Part shown: piece by piece, positions 28,425 through 40,164 of the stretch
Layout: every line of letters begins with the position of its first letter
How positions within the stretch are numbered: the stretch's first letter is position 1
NCBI GenBank assembly: GCA_046704245.1
Contig: JBJKSD010000006.1
Location: 1 to 44,733, forward strand
Source of the DNA: Bacilli bacterium
GTDB lineage: Bacteria > Bacillota_I > Bacilli_A > RF39 > UBA660
DNA length: 44,733 nt
Direction: 5' to 3'
Notes under the pieces: generated by a model
The model's input: only the letters and a program-made list of their open reading frames with translations
Database searches by the model: none
Told to the model about the DNA's origin: nothing
Made by a program: the position numbers and the translations under genes

Positions 28425-28691
28425 TTGGAGGTTATTATGAAGATTGAAGAAAAGGTTCAATCTTTAATTGCAGAACCACTAGATAAGAAAGGTTTTAAGT
28501 TAATAAAGGTTGAATATGTTAAAGAAGAAGGACATAAGTTTTTAAGAATTATTATTGATCGTGAAGAACCAGTTGATATTGATAAATGTGTCATAGCAAC
28601 TAGGATTATAAATAAAATCTTAGATAAAGGAAATATAATTGATGAGGAATATATATTAGATGTGTGTTCACATCAAAGAGGAGGAGAATAA
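28425..28691 (+). CDS. rimP: Ribosome maturation factor RimP, N-terminal domain only
   Basis: VEYVKE...LRIIID...VDIDKC...EYILDVCS; directly before nusA. Confidence 0.8.
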   Translation: MEVIMKIEEKVQSLIAEPLDKKGFKLIKVEYVKEEGHKFLRIIIDREEPVDIDKCVIATRIINKILDKGNIIDEEYILDVCSHQRGGE

Positions 28692-29759
28692 ATGGATTCA
28701 GAAGCTTTTATAAAAGCCCTAGATAATATTGTCGAAGAAAAAAACATTTCTAAAGAACTAGTATTAGAAGCTATGGAATTAGCACTTACTAGTGCTTATA
28801 AGAAGAACTTTAATGCTTTAACTAATGTGAAAGTTGATATTAATCCTGAAACAGGAGAAATAAAAGTATATTCATATCGTACAGTAGTTAAGAGAGTTAC
28901 TGATGCGGATATGGAAATATCTTTAAAAGAAGCTCAAAAGATTGATCCTGAAAAACAAGTAGGAGACGAAATACTAGAAGAAGTAACTCCTAAAGATTTT
29001 GGAAGAGTAGCAGCAGGGACAGCTAAACAAGTAGTTATGCAAAAGATTAGAGAAGCAGAACGTAATAGTATTGTGGAAGAATTTCAAGATAAAGAAGAAG
29101 AATTAGTAACTGGTTTAGTATCTAGAGAAGATGCTCATAATTATTATATTGATTTGGGTAGAGCTCATGGTATTTTACCTAAAGATGAAATCATCCCAGG
29201 AGAAAAGATTGTTATGGGATCTAATTTAAAAACATATATTACTAAGTTAGAAGTAACACCTAAAGGTTTATTAATATTATTATCTAGAAAACATTATGGT
29301 TTCTTAAAAAGATTATTAGAAAAAGAAATACCTGAATTACAAGAAGGTATAGTATTACTATATTCAGTAGCTCGTGAAGCTGGTGAGAGAAGTAAAGTAT
29401 CAGTATATTCAGAAAATCATCAAGTTGATGCTGTGGGAGCATGTATCGGTAGTAAAGGTGATCGCATTAATAGAATAATGAAAGAATTAAATGGTGAAAG
29501 AATCGATATAATTAAATATGATGCTGAACCTAGTATCTTTATTGCTAATGCTTTAAGTCCAGCTAAGAATTTAAAAGTAGTTATTACTGATCCTGATAAA
29601 AAAGAAGCTTTAGTTATCGCTAATGGTGATAATTTATCGTTAGCTATTGGTAAGAAAGGACAAAATGTTCGATTAGCAGCTAGACTTACTCATTATCGTC
29701 TAGATGTTAAAAATAAAGATGAAGCTAAAGAATTAGGAATAGTATTTAAGGAGGAATAA
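28692..29759 (+). CDS. nusA: Transcription factor NusA
   Basis: FGRVAAGTAKQ, AREAGERSK, SLAIGKKGQNVRLAARLT. Confidence 0.97.
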   Translation: MDSEAFIKALDNIVEEKNISKELVLEAMELALTSAYKKNFNALTNVKVDINPETGEIKVYSYRTVVKRVTDADMEISLKEAQKIDPEKQVGDEILEEVTPKDFGRVAAGTAKQVVMQKIREAERNSIVEEFQDKEEELVTGLVSREDAHNYYIDLGRAHGILPKDEIIPGEKIVMGSNLKTYITKLEVTPKGLLILLSRKHYGFLKRLLEKEIPELQEGIVLLYSVAREAGERSKVSVYSENHQVDAVGACIGSKGDRINRIMKELNGERIDIIKYDAEPSIFIANALSPAKNLKVVITDPDKKEALVIANGDNLSLAIGKKGQNVRLAARLTHYRLDVKNKDEAKELGIVFKEE

Positions 29760-29760
29760 A

Positions 29761-30018
29761 ATGAAAACCAAAAAGATTCCTTTAAGAACTTGTATTGTTA
29801 CTAAAGAAAAATTACCTAAACAAGAATTAATTAGGATAGTTAAAGATAAAGAAGGTAAAATCTTTATCGACGAGACTGGTAAAGCTAATGGCCGTGGTAC
29901 TTATTTAAAACGCGATATTGATGTTATCGAACAAGCTCATAAGAATAAAGTATTAAATCGCTATTTAGAAACAGAAGTACCAGATAGTATATATGAACAA
30001 TTAAAAGAAGCTATTTAA
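29761..30018 (+). CDS. ylxR: YlxR/RnpM RNA-binding protein
   Basis: KIPLRTCI...LIRIV...GKANGRG. Confidence 0.93.
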   Translation: MKTKKIPLRTCIVTKEKLPKQELIRIVKDKEGKIFIDETGKANGRGTYLKRDIDVIEQAHKNKVLNRYLETEVPDSIYEQLKEAI

Positions 30019-30035
30019 TGATAAATAGAAAGTAG

Positions 30036-32159
30036 GTGATTTATATGATGAGTGTATTAGAATATGCTCTAGATATAAAAAGAACCGTTGAAGAAATATT
30101 AGCTGAATGTAAAAAACTTAATATTGATGTTAATCGTAAAGAAGATATTTTAGATGAAGATGCTATCGTTATGTTAGATAGTGCTTTTGCAGCTGTAACA
30201 CCAATTGAAGAAGAAGAAGATGAGGAAGACGAAATACAACAAGAAGTAGAAGCTATTATTAAGAAGAATAAGATTAATGTCGATGTTAAAACGGAAAAAT
30301 TAAAGAAGAAAAGTCAAGATCAAAAAGAAGATAAAGAAGAATATGATATAAAACGTAAAGAGATGTATAAACATAAAGAAAAATTAATGAGTAATGCTCC
30401 AATTGAAGAACCAAAGAATATTGTTTTATATCGTGAAGGAATGACCGTTGGTGATTTAGCAACAGCTCTTGAGATAAAGAGTGCTGAATTAATTAAGAAA
30501 TTAATGAATTTAGGTATTATGGTTAATGTTAATAATACTATCAGTTATGAAGATGCTGAAGTCGTTGTTTTAGAATATAATAAAGAATTAAAAAGAGAAG
30601 AAACAAGAGATGAAGCTGATTTTGATAATTATGAAATCACCGATAAAGAAGAAGACTTAGTAGAAAGACCTCCAGTTGTTACTATTATGGGTCATGTTGA
30701 CCATGGTAAGACTACTTTATTAGATATGATTAGAAAATCAAATATAGTTGAAGGTGAAGCTGGTGGTATTACCCAACATATTGGTGCTTATCAAGTAGTC
30801 CATAATAATAAGAAAATAACTTTTATCGATACTCCAGGTCATGCTGCTTTCACTGAAATGAGAGCTAGAGGAGCTAGTGTTACTGATATAGTTATTATTG
30901 TCGTAGCAGCTGATGATGGTGTTATGCCTCAAACTAAAGAAGCAATCGACCACGCTAAAGCAGCTGAAGTACCTATTATTATAGCTATTAATAAGATGGA
31001 TAAACCAGGTGCTAATCCTGATAAAGTATTAAAAGAACTATCAGAGACTGGTATTACTCCAGAAGAATGGGGTGGCGATACTTTAGTTAATAAAATATCA
31101 GCTGTTACTGGTGAAGGGATCGATGGTTTATTAGAAAACATTTTATTGTTAAGTGAAATGGCTAGTTTAAAAGCTAATCCTAATCGTTATGCTATAGGTA
31201 CTGTCATTGAATCAAAATTAGATAAACATGTCGGACCCATTACTACTTTATTAATTCAAAATGGTACTTTAAGATTAGGTGATCCTATTGTTGTAGGTAC
31301 TACTTGTGGCCGCGTTCGTACTTTGAAAAATGATTTAAATCAAGAAATAGTAGAAGCTCTACCATCAATGCCAGTTGAAATAACTGGGTTAAATGATGTG
31401 CCAGCAGCTGGTGATAAATTCATGGCTTTTGAAACCGAAAAGAAAGCTCGTAGTATTGTCGAAGAGAGAATTAAGAAAACTAAACTTAATAATACTAAGA
31501 CTAATACACCAGTAACCTTAGATGATTTATTTGCTAAGATTCAATGTGGTGCTAAAGAAATTAACGTTATCTTAAAAGTCGATGTTAGTGGTAGTGCTGA
31601 AGCCATTAAGGGAGCATTACAAAATATTGATGTCGAAGGTGTAAGAGTTAATATTATTCGTAGTGGAGTTGGTAATATTACGGAAGGTGATATAGTTCTA
31701 GCTAATGCTTCGGATGCTATTATTATTGGATTTAATGTTCGACCAACAAGTAAGACTTTAGAAGTAGCTAAAGAATATAATGTCGATATTAGATTATATA
31801 GTATTATCTATAAATTAGTAGAAGAAATAGAATTAGCTATGAAAGGTATGTTAGAACCCGAATATGAAGAAAAAATATTAGGTCAAGCAGAAGTGCGTAA
31901 GTTATTTAAATTCTCTAAAGTTGGTAATATTGCTGGGTGTCATGTAACTACTGGTGTAATAAAAAGAGATGCTAAGGTTAGAATAATAAGAGATGGTATT
32001 GTTATTTTTGAAGGTATTATCAATTCATTACATCGTGAAAAAGATGATGTTAAAGAAGTTAAACAAGGTTTTGAATGTGGTATTACAATCGATAAATTTA
32101 ATGATATAAAAGAAAAAGATATTATTGAAGCCTATCAATTAGTTGAAATTAAAAGATAG
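30036..32159 (+). CDS. infB: Translation initiation factor IF-2
   Basis: [26 protein letters not shown]. Confidence 0.98.
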   Translation: MIYMMSVLEYALDIKRTVEEILAECKKLNIDVNRKEDILDEDAIVMLDSAFAAVTPIEEEEDEEDEIQQEVEAIIKKNKINVDVKTEKLKKKSQDQKEDKEEYDIKRKEMYKHKEKLMSNAPIEEPKNIVLYREGMTVGDLATALEIKSAELIKKLMNLGIMVNVNNTISYEDAEVVVLEYNKELKREETRDEADFDNYEITDKEEDLVERPPVVTIMGHVDHGKTTLLDMIRKSNIVEGEAGGITQHIGAYQVVHNNKKITFIDTPGHAAFTEMRARGASVTDIVIIVVAADDGVMPQTKEAIDHAKAAEVPIIIAINKMDKPGANPDKVLKELSETGITPEEWGGDTLVNKISAVTGEGIDGLLENILLLSEMASLKANPNRYAIGTVIESKLDKHVGPITTLLIQNGTLRLGDPIVVGTTCGRVRTLKNDLNQEIVEALPSMPVEITGLNDVPAAGDKFMAFETEKKARSIVEERIKKTKLNNTKTNTPVTLDDLFAKIQCGAKEINVILKVDVSGSAEAIKGALQNIDVEGVRVNIIRSGVGNITEGDIVLANASDAIIIGFNVRPTSKTLEVAKEYNVDIRLYSIIYKLVEEIELAMKGMLEPEYEEKILGQAEVRKLFKFSKVGNIAGCHVTTGVIKRDAKVRIIRDGIVIFEGIINSLHREKDDVKEVKQGFECGITIDKFNDIKEKDIIEAYQLVEIKR

Positions 32160-32170
32160 AAGGTGTTAGC

Positions 32171-32503
32171 ATGAGTATCAAAACAGCTCGATTAGGTAAT
32201 GTTTTTGTCAAAGAAATAAGTGCCATATTAGCTACTGAAATAAAAGATCAAAATATTAATTTTGTAACTATTACAGCTGCTGAAATAACTAGTGATTTAA
32301 GTTATGCGAAAGTCTATTTTACAGTCTTAGATGATAGTAAAAAAGAAACTACTTTAAAAGCTTTAAATAATGCTAGTGGTTTTATTAGAAGAGCCTTATG
32401 TAATCGAATAGAGTTAAGAAAAATGCCAGAGATATCTTTTATTTATGATGAATCTATTGCATATGGTAATAAAATAGAAAAAATTATCGATGATTTAAAA
32501 TGA
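32171..32503 (+). CDS. rbfA: Ribosome-binding factor A
   Basis: TSDLSYAKVY...ASGFIR...LRKMPEISF.YDES. Confidence 0.95.
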   Translation: MSIKTARLGNVFVKEISAILATEIKDQNINFVTITAAEITSDLSYAKVYFTVLDDSKKETTLKALNNASGFIRRALCNRIELRKMPEISFIYDESIAYGNKIEKIIDDLK

Positions 32504-33393
32504 GGATTAATTTGGATGGTATATTATTAATTGATAACCCTAGTGGTTATACTAGTAGTGTTATTGTAAACCTTATATGTAAAGTATTTAATACCAATAA
32601 AGTGGGACATACTGGTACTTTAGATCCACTAGCTACTGGTGTTTTAGTTATATGTATAGGTAGAGCTACTAAATTAGTAGATATCTTTACTAATGACGAT
32701 AAAGAATATATAGCTGAGATTATTTTAGGTATAGAAACAGATACTTTAGATACTGATGGTAAAATCTTAAAGACTGTTAAAGCTAATAATATAACTAATA
32801 ACCAAATTATCAACGTATTAGATCAATTTATAGGTGAACAAGAACAAGAAGTACCTATCTATTCTAGTATCAAAATAAAGGGTAAGAAATTATATGAATA
32901 TGCTAGGAACAATGAAGAAGTAACCTTACCTAAAAGAAAGATTAAGATTAGTGATATCAAATTAATTGATTTAATATCTAATCAGGATCAAATTAAATTT
33001 AGAATTAAATGTAGTGTCAGTAAAGGTACTTATATTAGAAGTTTAGCTAGAGATATAGGTTATCAATTAGGTTATCCAGCATGTATATCATCATTACAAA
33101 GAATAAGACAAGGTCAATTTACTATTGATAAGTGTTATAAATTAGAAGATATTGAAAATGGTAATTATCATATATTAAGTATTAGGGAAGCATTATCTGG
33201 ATATCCTACCATCGAAGTAGATCATATAATGGAAAAGAAGATCTTAAATGGTATGAAATTACCTAAATTCTTTGATGAGAAGCAAATGCTTATTGTTAAT
33301 AAACAAGGTGAAGCATTAGCTATATATCAACAAGATAAGGATGATAATAGTAAAGTCAGACCATTAAAAATAATAAAACTACTTGCATTTTAG
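32500..33393 (+). CDS. truB: tRNA pseudouridine(55) synthase
   Basis: KVGHTGTLDPLATGVL, SKGTYIRSLARD. Confidence 0.95.
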   Translation: MRINLDGILLIDNPSGYTSSVIVNLICKVFNTNKVGHTGTLDPLATGVLVICIGRATKLVDIFTNDDKEYIAEIILGIETDTLDTDGKILKTVKANNITNNQIINVLDQFIGEQEQEVPIYSSIKIKGKKLYEYARNNEEVTLPKRKIKISDIKLIDLISNQDQIKFRIKCSVSKGTYIRSLARDIGYQLGYPACISSLQRIRQGQFTIDKCYKLEDIENGNYHILSIREALSGYPTIEVDHIMEKKILNGMKLPKFFDEKQMLIVNKQGEALAIYQQDKDDNSKVRPLKIIKLLAF

Positions 33394-33424
33394 TCAATAA
33401 TTTTGTATAGTTATTAGGTAATGA

Positions 33425-33467
33425 CCTTGTCTTGGTTAACGAGTCTCCGACTTTAACTAGGATAAGG
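33425..33467 (+). promoter_or_regulatory. Putative S15 autoregulatory leader RNA
   Basis: 15-bp G-U-rich stem CCTTGTCTTGGTTAA/TTAACTAGGATAAGG with inner AGTC-tcc-GACT; lies between a TTGCAT-N17-TATAGT promoter and the rpsO SD. Confidence 0.65.
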
Positions 33468-33495
33468 CGTATATAAATAAAAGGAGGAATAAAAA

Positions 33496-33765
33496 ATGGC
33501 TTTAAATAAGAAGAAAAAAGAAGAGCTAATTAAAAAGTTTGCATGTCATGAAGGAGATACCGGTTCTCCAGAAGTTCAAATTGCGATATTAACTGAAGAA
33601 ATTAATGCCTTAACCGAACATTTACAAGCTCATAAAGGAGATAATCATTCTAAAAGAGGTTTGTTACAAAAAGTAGGTAGACGTCGTAGTTTATTAAACT
33701 ATTTAATGAAAGAAGACATTACTAGATATCGTGATATCATTAAAAAACTTGATTTAAGAAAGTAG
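33496..33765 (+). CDS. rpsO: 30S ribosomal protein S15
   Basis: [13 protein letters not shown]...[15 protein letters not shown]. Confidence 0.98.
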   Translation: MALNKKKKEELIKKFACHEGDTGSPEVQIAILTEEINALTEHLQAHKGDNHSKRGLLQKVGRRRSLLNYLMKEDITRYRDIIKKLDLRK

Positions 33766-33814
33766 GCACTCTTTTTTGAGTGTTTTTCTTTTAAAATAGA
33801 TGAGGAGAATTAAG

Positions 33815-35935
33815 ATGGGAAAGAAAATATACGAATTAACATTTAGAGGAAAACCTTTACAGGTTGAAATAGGAGAATTAGCAAAACAAACTAATGGTTC
33901 AGTACTAGTTAGATATGGTGAAACAGTTGTTTTAAGTGTTGTTGTAGCTAGTAGAGAAGCATCTAATGCTGATTTCTTTCCACTTACTGTTTTATATAAC
34001 GAACGCTTATATTCTGTAGGTAAAATACCTGGTGGTTTTATTAAAAGAGAAGGTCGACCAACTGAAAATGCTACTTTAGCAGCAAGATTGATCGATCGAC
34101 CACTAAGACCTTTATTTCCTGATGATTTTCGTAATGAAGTACAAATTATCAATACGGTCTTATCAGTTGATCAAGATAATTCACCTGAAATTGCTGCTTT
34201 ATTAGGATCATCATTAGCTATTGGTGTTAGTGATATTCCTTTAAATAAATTAGTAGCTGGTGTTATTGTTGGTCGTGTCGATGGTAAGTTTGTTATCAAT
34301 CCAGGTTTAGAAGAATTAGAAAAAAGTGATATTGAACTAATTGTTGCTGGTACTAAACAAGCTATTAATATGGTCGAATCAGCAAGTAAAGAAGTAAGTG
34401 AACAAGATATGATCGATGCTATTATGTTTGGTCATGAAGCTATTAAAGAATTAATTGATTTCCAAGAACAAATCGTTAAAGAAATTGGTTTAATTAAGAT
34501 GGCATATGAAAGGGTTAAACCCAATGAGGAAATAATAACGAAGATTAAAGAAATAGCTAAAGCTAAAATAGAAAAAGCTATTACTATTAAAGATAAACAA
34601 GTACGTGATGAAGCTATCGATAATATTAAAGCTGATAGTCTAGCTATTATTGAAGAAGAATATAAAGAACATGAAGATTTAAATAACATTCTAAAACAAG
34701 CTAATTTAGTGTTAGAAGAATGTTTATATGATGAAGTAAGACATCTTATTATAGAACAACAAGTAAGACCAGATGGTCGTAAAAAAGATGAAATAAGACC
34801 ATTAAATTCACAAGTAGATATATTACCTAGAACTCATGGGTCAGCATTATTTACTAGAGGTCAAACTCAAGCTCTAAGTGTTACTACTTTAGGAGCTTTA
34901 GGTGAACATCAAATTTTAGATGGCTTAGAAATAGAAGAAGATAAACGTTTTATGCTTCATTATAATTTCCCCTCATTTAGTGTTGGAGAAACAGGAAGAT
35001 ATGGAGCTCCAGGTCGTCGTGAAATTGGACATGGTGCTTTAGGTGAAAGAGCTTTATTACAAGTATTGCCAACTGAAGAAGAATTTCCATATACTATTAG
35101 AGTAGTATCAGAAATATTAGAAAGTAATGGTTCTACTAGCCAAGCAAGTATATGTGCTGGATGTATGTCATTAATGGCAGCTGGGGTACCTATTAAAGCT
35201 CCAGTAGCAGGTATTGCGATGGGTCTTATTACTAAAGATAATAAATATACGGTTCTAACTGATATCCAAGGTATTGAAGATCATATGGGTGATATGGATT
35301 TTAAAGTAGCAGGCACTAAAGATGGTATATGCGCTTTACAAATGGATATTAAAATAGAAGGTGTTACTAAAGAAATACTAGCTGAAGCTTTAGAACAAGC
35401 TAGAGTAGGTCGTCTACAAATATTAGATAATATGACCGCTACTATTAGTGAACCTCGTAAAGAATTAAGTAAATATGCTCCTAAGATTAAACAAATAACT
35501 ATTAAACCATCAAAGATAAAAGATGTTATAGGTCGTGGTGGAGAAACTATTACCAATATTATTGAACAATGTGACGATGTTAAGATTGATATTGAAGATG
35601 ATGGTCGTGTTATTATTTATCATAATGATTATGCCATGATCGATAAAGCTATTGCTATAATTGAAAATATTACTAGAGAAGTAGAAATAGGTAAGGTCTA
35701 TACTGGTAAAGTAGTAAGAATTGAAGAATTTGGATGCTTCGTTGAACTATGGCCAGGATGTGAAGGTTTAGTCCATATATCTCATCTAAGTAATGAACAT
35801 GTAGCTAAGACAGAAGATGTTGTTAAAATAGGAGATGAAATCTTAGTAAAAGCTATCGGTTATGATAAAAAAGGTCGATTAAATCTATCTAGAAAAGAAG
35901 CATTACAACCAAATATACCAAATAAAAGTGAATAA
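33815..35935 (+). CDS. pnp: Polyribonucleotide nucleotidyltransferase
   Basis: [29 protein letters not shown] and S1 domains; GAGGAG SD favours ATG 33815. Confidence 0.97.
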   Translation: MGKKIYELTFRGKPLQVEIGELAKQTNGSVLVRYGETVVLSVVVASREASNADFFPLTVLYNERLYSVGKIPGGFIKREGRPTENATLAARLIDRPLRPLFPDDFRNEVQIINTVLSVDQDNSPEIAALLGSSLAIGVSDIPLNKLVAGVIVGRVDGKFVINPGLEELEKSDIELIVAGTKQAINMVESASKEVSEQDMIDAIMFGHEAIKELIDFQEQIVKEIGLIKMAYERVKPNEEIITKIKEIAKAKIEKAITIKDKQVRDEAIDNIKADSLAIIEEEYKEHEDLNNILKQANLVLEECLYDEVRHLIIEQQVRPDGRKKDEIRPLNSQVDILPRTHGSALFTRGQTQALSVTTLGALGEHQILDGLEIEEDKRFMLHYNFPSFSVGETGRYGAPGRREIGHGALGERALLQVLPTEEEFPYTIRVVSEILESNGSTSQASICAGCMSLMAAGVPIKAPVAGIAMGLITKDNKYTVLTDIQGIEDHMGDMDFKVAGTKDGICALQMDIKIEGVTKEILAEALEQARVGRLQILDNMTATISEPRKELSKYAPKIKQITIKPSKIKDVIGRGGETITNIIEQCDDVKIDIEDDGRVIIYHNDYAMIDKAIAIIENITREVEIGKVYTGKVVRIEEFGCFVELWPGCEGLVHISHLSNEHVAKTEDVVKIGDEILVKAIGYDKKGRLNLSRKEALQPNIPNKSE

Positions 35936-35950
35936 TTATTCACTTTTATT
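35921..35950 (+). terminator. Terminator (30-bp perfect palindrome on the pnp stop)
   Basis: AATAAAAGTGAATAA|TTATTCACTTTTATT. Confidence 0.75.
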
Positions 35951-36036
35951 ATTTAAATATAAATAAAAATACTGTAAAATAATGGTATATATAATATACT
36001 TAAGTTAATTATAGAGAAATTATAAGGGGTATTATT

Positions 36037-37062
36037 ATGAACAAAGGATTTACGTTAATAGAATTATTAGCAGTAATAGTAGTACTAGGTATTATATTAG
36101 TAATAGCAATACCAAATATAGTAAAAATAATAGAACAAGCACGAATAGATGCTTATATTAAAGATGAGGCAATGTTAGTTAATGCTACTCAGAAATATTT
36201 AGTCAGCAATATTGATAAAGTTCCAAGTGGTATTGGAGATATCAGTATTGTTGAATTAAGTGATTTGCAAAGTAATGATATTTTATCAGAGATTATTGAT
36301 TCTAAAAGTGATAACAATTGTGAGGGGAAAGTAGTAGTAAGTAAAAAGGCGGATAATAAATATACATATAATCCATATTTAGACTGTGGTACAAATTACA
36401 AAACTTATGGAGACTATATTACCAATGGTTTAGTATTATACTTAGATGGTTATGATGCTCCAGTTGATGATTATTGGGCGGATAGAAGTGGAAATAATAA
36501 CAATGCCCAATTAATAAATATGGCAATGACTTCAACTAGTGGGTATGATCCTAATAAAAAGGCTTATGCTTTTGATGGTAATAATGATTCAATGAGAATT
36601 TTAAATATGGGAAATGCTTTTAGTAATATTAGTTTTACTGTGTCTGTTATTGTAAGATTTAATAATGAAATCTCTGGTGATAGGCCTATATTATCAATTG
36701 GTGTAAATGGTGCTAATACTTTATTACACATTTTATCAAGATATATGAAACCCTATTTTGCGTTTTATTCAAATGATTTAACTGGTGTAGTAATTTTATC
36801 AAAAGATAATGTTTATAGCCTAACTTTTAAATATAATATAAGTGAATTAAAAAAATATATATATTTTTTTAATAACATTGATAATATGCAATCAAATTCT
36901 AATCCATTATCTTTATTATCAACTGATACATTATATTTAGGTTATTATGCTTCCTCATATTTAAATGGGAACATATATTCAATAAAAATCTATAATAGAG
37001 CTTTAAGTGAAGATGAAATTAAGTATAATTATAATATTGATAAAAATCGATATGGTTTATAA
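36037..37062 (+). CDS. Type IV prepilin-like protein with C-terminal LamG/ConA-like domain
   Basis: KG|FTLIELLAVIVVL class III signal; GLVLYLDG...WADRSGNNN...FDG...GNIYSIKIYNRALS. Confidence 0.87.
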   Translation: MNKGFTLIELLAVIVVLGIILVIAIPNIVKIIEQARIDAYIKDEAMLVNATQKYLVSNIDKVPSGIGDISIVELSDLQSNDILSEIIDSKSDNNCEGKVVVSKKADNKYTYNPYLDCGTNYKTYGDYITNGLVLYLDGYDAPVDDYWADRSGNNNNAQLINMAMTSTSGYDPNKKAYAFDGNNDSMRILNMGNAFSNISFTVSVIVRFNNEISGDRPILSIGVNGANTLLHILSRYMKPYFAFYSNDLTGVVILSKDNVYSLTFKYNISELKKYIYFFNNIDNMQSNSNPLSLLSTDTLYLGYYASSYLNGNIYSIKIYNRALSEDEIKYNYNIDKNRYGL

Positions 37063-37096
37063 TTAAAAACTCTATTTTAAAATAGAGTTTTTAATT
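37061..37096 (+). terminator. Terminator (36-bp perfect palindrome)
   Basis: AATTAAAAACTCTATTTT|AAAATAGAGTTTTTAATT. Confidence 0.75.
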
Positions 37097-37156
37097 TATC
37101 TAAATAAAATTAGCAAAAATAATTGTTTTATCACATATAATTCACTAGGTGATTTC

Positions 37157-38017
37157 ATGATCAAAAAAATATTTCAAATATTAGGTATTGTATCAGTTAT
37201 ATGTTTTAGTTTCTTTTATACTGAAAAAGCTGTTACTGTACTCAAAGAACAAGATCCTATTATGCAAAAAATACTGGCAGTAAAAGATAAATATAATATA
37301 GTTCCTATTAATGCTGAGTTAATCGATAAAAATTATGTTATACCTGGATATAATGGTAAACAAATTGATGTTGATCGTAGTTATAATAGTATGAAACGAT
37401 TAGGTCAGTTTAATGATAATTTATTTATTTATCATACTAATGTACCGGAAATATCTATTAAGCATATGTATGATCGTTATATTATTAAAGGTAATAAGGT
37501 TAAGAAAATGATTTCTTTAGTATTTAAAATTAATGGTAGTGATAATGTTGAGACGGTATTAACTATTTTAGATAATAATGATGTTAAAGCTTCTTTTTTC
37601 TTAGATGGTAAATGGTTAGAAGAAAATATTGATACAGTTAGAGAGATTATTAAAAAGGGCCATGAATTATCTAATTTAGGTTACGATAGTAATTATGATG
37701 TTGATTATTTTATATGGACTAATAATAAAATAAAACAGATGTACCGTCAGAAGACCAAATATTGTTATGTCGATGATGATGATTTTACGATCTTAAATTT
37801 ATGTCGTGATTATGGTATGTATACAATTAAACCTACTATTAATACTAATAATTATCCATTTAATGAAGTAAAAACAAAATTAGAAAGTGGTAGTATTATT
37901 AGTTTTGATATTAATAATATTGTCGCTAATGAATTAAATATGATTATAAAGTTTATTAAGAGTAAAGGTTATAAAATAGCTATTTTGAGTGAACATCTAA
38001 GTGAAAAACGCTTATAG
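37157..38017 (+). CDS. ylxY: Polysaccharide deacetylase-like sporulation protein (YlxY-like; catalytic residues appear degenerate)
   Basis: IPGYNGKQIDV..SY, KGN..K.ISLVF, ASFFLDGKWLEEN, GHELSN; synteny after pnp. Confidence 0.8.
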   Translation: MIKKIFQILGIVSVICFSFFYTEKAVTVLKEQDPIMQKILAVKDKYNIVPINAELIDKNYVIPGYNGKQIDVDRSYNSMKRLGQFNDNLFIYHTNVPEISIKHMYDRYIIKGNKVKKMISLVFKINGSDNVETVLTILDNNDVKASFFLDGKWLEENIDTVREIIKKGHELSNLGYDSNYDVDYFIWTNNKIKQMYRQKTKYCYVDDDDFTILNLCRDYGMYTIKPTINTNNYPFNEVKTKLESGSIISFDINNIVANELNMIIKFIKSKGYKIAILSEHLSEKRL

Positions 38018-38112
38018 CGTTTTTTTTATTATTTTAATGATAAATCTTTATTTATGATATAATATTTGATATAATGTATGAGCAATTTACTTTATAAAGA
38101 AAGGAGAAAAAT

Positions 38113-39759
38113 ATGAGTAAAATAAAGATTTTTAGTTTGGGTGGATTAAATGAATCTGGTAAGAATATGTATGTTATGGATATCGATAATAGTATTTTTA
38201 TTTTTGATGCGGGACTCAAACATGCTGATGAACGATTATTAGGTATTGATTATATAATACCTAATTATGATTATATTAAACAAAATTTAGATCGTGTAGT
38301 AGGAATATTTATTACCCATGGTCATGATGAAAATATGGGTGCTATTTCAGATATTGTTATTGATATTCCTAAAATAAAAGTATATGCTACGAAATTTACT
38401 ATCGAAGTAATTAAAAAAGAATTAGAAGATGAAAATATTAAGTATGATAATTTTGTGGAGATTAAACCTCATAAGAAGATTAATTTTGGTAAAGTAGGTA
38501 TCTTCCCTGTCAGTTTAACTCATTCAGTACCAGATACAGTGGGTTATGCTGTCTATACTGATGATGGTATTATCTTCTATACTGGTGATTTTACATTTGA
38601 TTGGACTATGGCTGGACCATATAAGACTGATGTCGGTTAACTAGCATATTTAGGTAAACTAGGAGTATTATGGTTATTGTCAGAATCAGCATATGCTGAA
38701 AAACTAGGTCATACTAGCCCTAATCATCGTATTGCATCAGTTATTAGACCTATCTTAACTAAGAATGAAGAACGTTTAATCTTTGTAATCTTTTCATCAC
38801 ATATCTATCGTATTCAAGAATTATTTAGTGAGCTGTTAAAAACAGATCGCAAAGTAGTAATAATGGGCAAAAGATTACAAAAAATAATTGCTAGTGCTAT
38901 TGATATGAAATATATTAGTTTTGATAAAAATCGAATTGGTGATCTATCTAATATTAATGATAAAGGTATTATTATTTTAGTATCTGATGAAAGAGAAAAA
39001 CCTTTTAATAATGTTGAACGGATTGTCAATGGCTATGATAAATATATTAAATTAAGTGATAAAGATACAGTTATATTAACTGAACCTATTACTGATGAAA
39101 TAGAAGAAACAGCTACTAGAATAGCCGATAATATTGCTAGATTAGGAGCTGAAATAGTTACTTTATCACCTAGAAAACATTTACTATATCATCCTTCTGG
39201 AGAAGATTTAATGTTGATGTTAAATTTAATTAATCCTAGATATTATATGCCTGTAAGTGGTCAATATCGTTATCAATATGCCAATGCTAATATTGCTGAA
39301 TCATTAGGTATGAATCCAAATAATATTTTATTAAAACAAAATGGTGATATAGTAGAATTTATCGATGGTAAACTAAACGATAGTTTTCAAACGATTAAAG
39401 TAGATGATATATTAATTGATGGTAATTATGGTGAGAATGTTGGTGAATTAGTTTTAAAAGATAGAGAAGTATTAAAAGATAATGGTATTATTATTGTAAG
39501 TACTACTGTTGATCGTAAAACGAAAGATATACTAGCTGGTCCTGAAATATTAACTAGAGGATTTGTCTATGTTAAAGATAGTGTTGCTCTAATTAAAGAG
39601 ATTGAAAAAATATCATTGGCCATAGTTAAAAAGAACATTGTTCATAACTATGTCGATTATAATAAAATAAAGAATGATATGCGTGATCAATTAGGTAAAT
39701 ATCTATACCGTGAAACTGAATGTGAACCTATGATTATCTCAGTAGTTCAAGAAATATAA
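38113..39759 (+). pseudogene. rnjB: Ribonuclease J2-like, split by in-frame TAA at 38638-38640
   Basis: SLGGLNESGKNMY; THGHDENMG (J2-type motif); frame continues TDVG*LAYLGKLGVLWLLSES into ORF 38677-39759. Confidence 0.85.
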
Positions 39760-39761
39760 AT

Positions 39762-39790
39762 AAAAAAAGGGTTAAATTAACCCTTTTTTT
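39762..39790. terminator. Bidirectional terminator
   Basis: AAAAAAAGGGTTAA-a-TTAACCCTTTTTTT. Confidence 0.75.
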
Positions 39791-40128
39791 CTATTGGTAA
39801 TAACATAATATCCACCAGCACCAATTATAATAACCCCAATAATACTTGCTATCATAATAGTATTATTATTGCTACCAGCAGTTGATATTAATAGATTATC
39901 TTGTTTGCTAGTTGCTTCATTGTCCATTATTAAATATTCATCATTAGAATTAGTAACACTTTCATCTAGTAATGGTTCTTCAACCGATGTAATAGTGACT
40001 TCATCTTGTAATAATGGTTCTCTAGGTATGACATTACCGTTTTCATCTAATTCAACCATAGCAAATGTTTTAAAAGGTAATAACATACCAAAAGCTACAA
40101 ACAATAAGATTTTTATGTATCCTTTCAT
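39772..40128 (-). CDS. Small exported protein with C-terminal membrane anchor
   Basis: Signal peptide (TFA|M), acidic core, C-terminal TM then RKK. Confidence 0.75.
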   Translation of the reverse strand: MKGYIKILLFVAFGMLLPFKTFAMVELDENGNVIPREPLLQDEVTITSVEEPLLDESVTNSNDEYLIMDNEATSKQDNLLISTAGSNNNTIMIASIIGVIIIGAGGYYVITNRKKGLI

Positions 40129-40164
40129 AATTGACCTCTTTCTATTGGTTATGTTTATATTATT

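Noticed and set aside
36037-37062. Diversity-generating retroelement target
   Set aside because: No template repeat or reverse transcriptase in the window, and the C-terminal domain looks LamG-like rather than C-type lectin.
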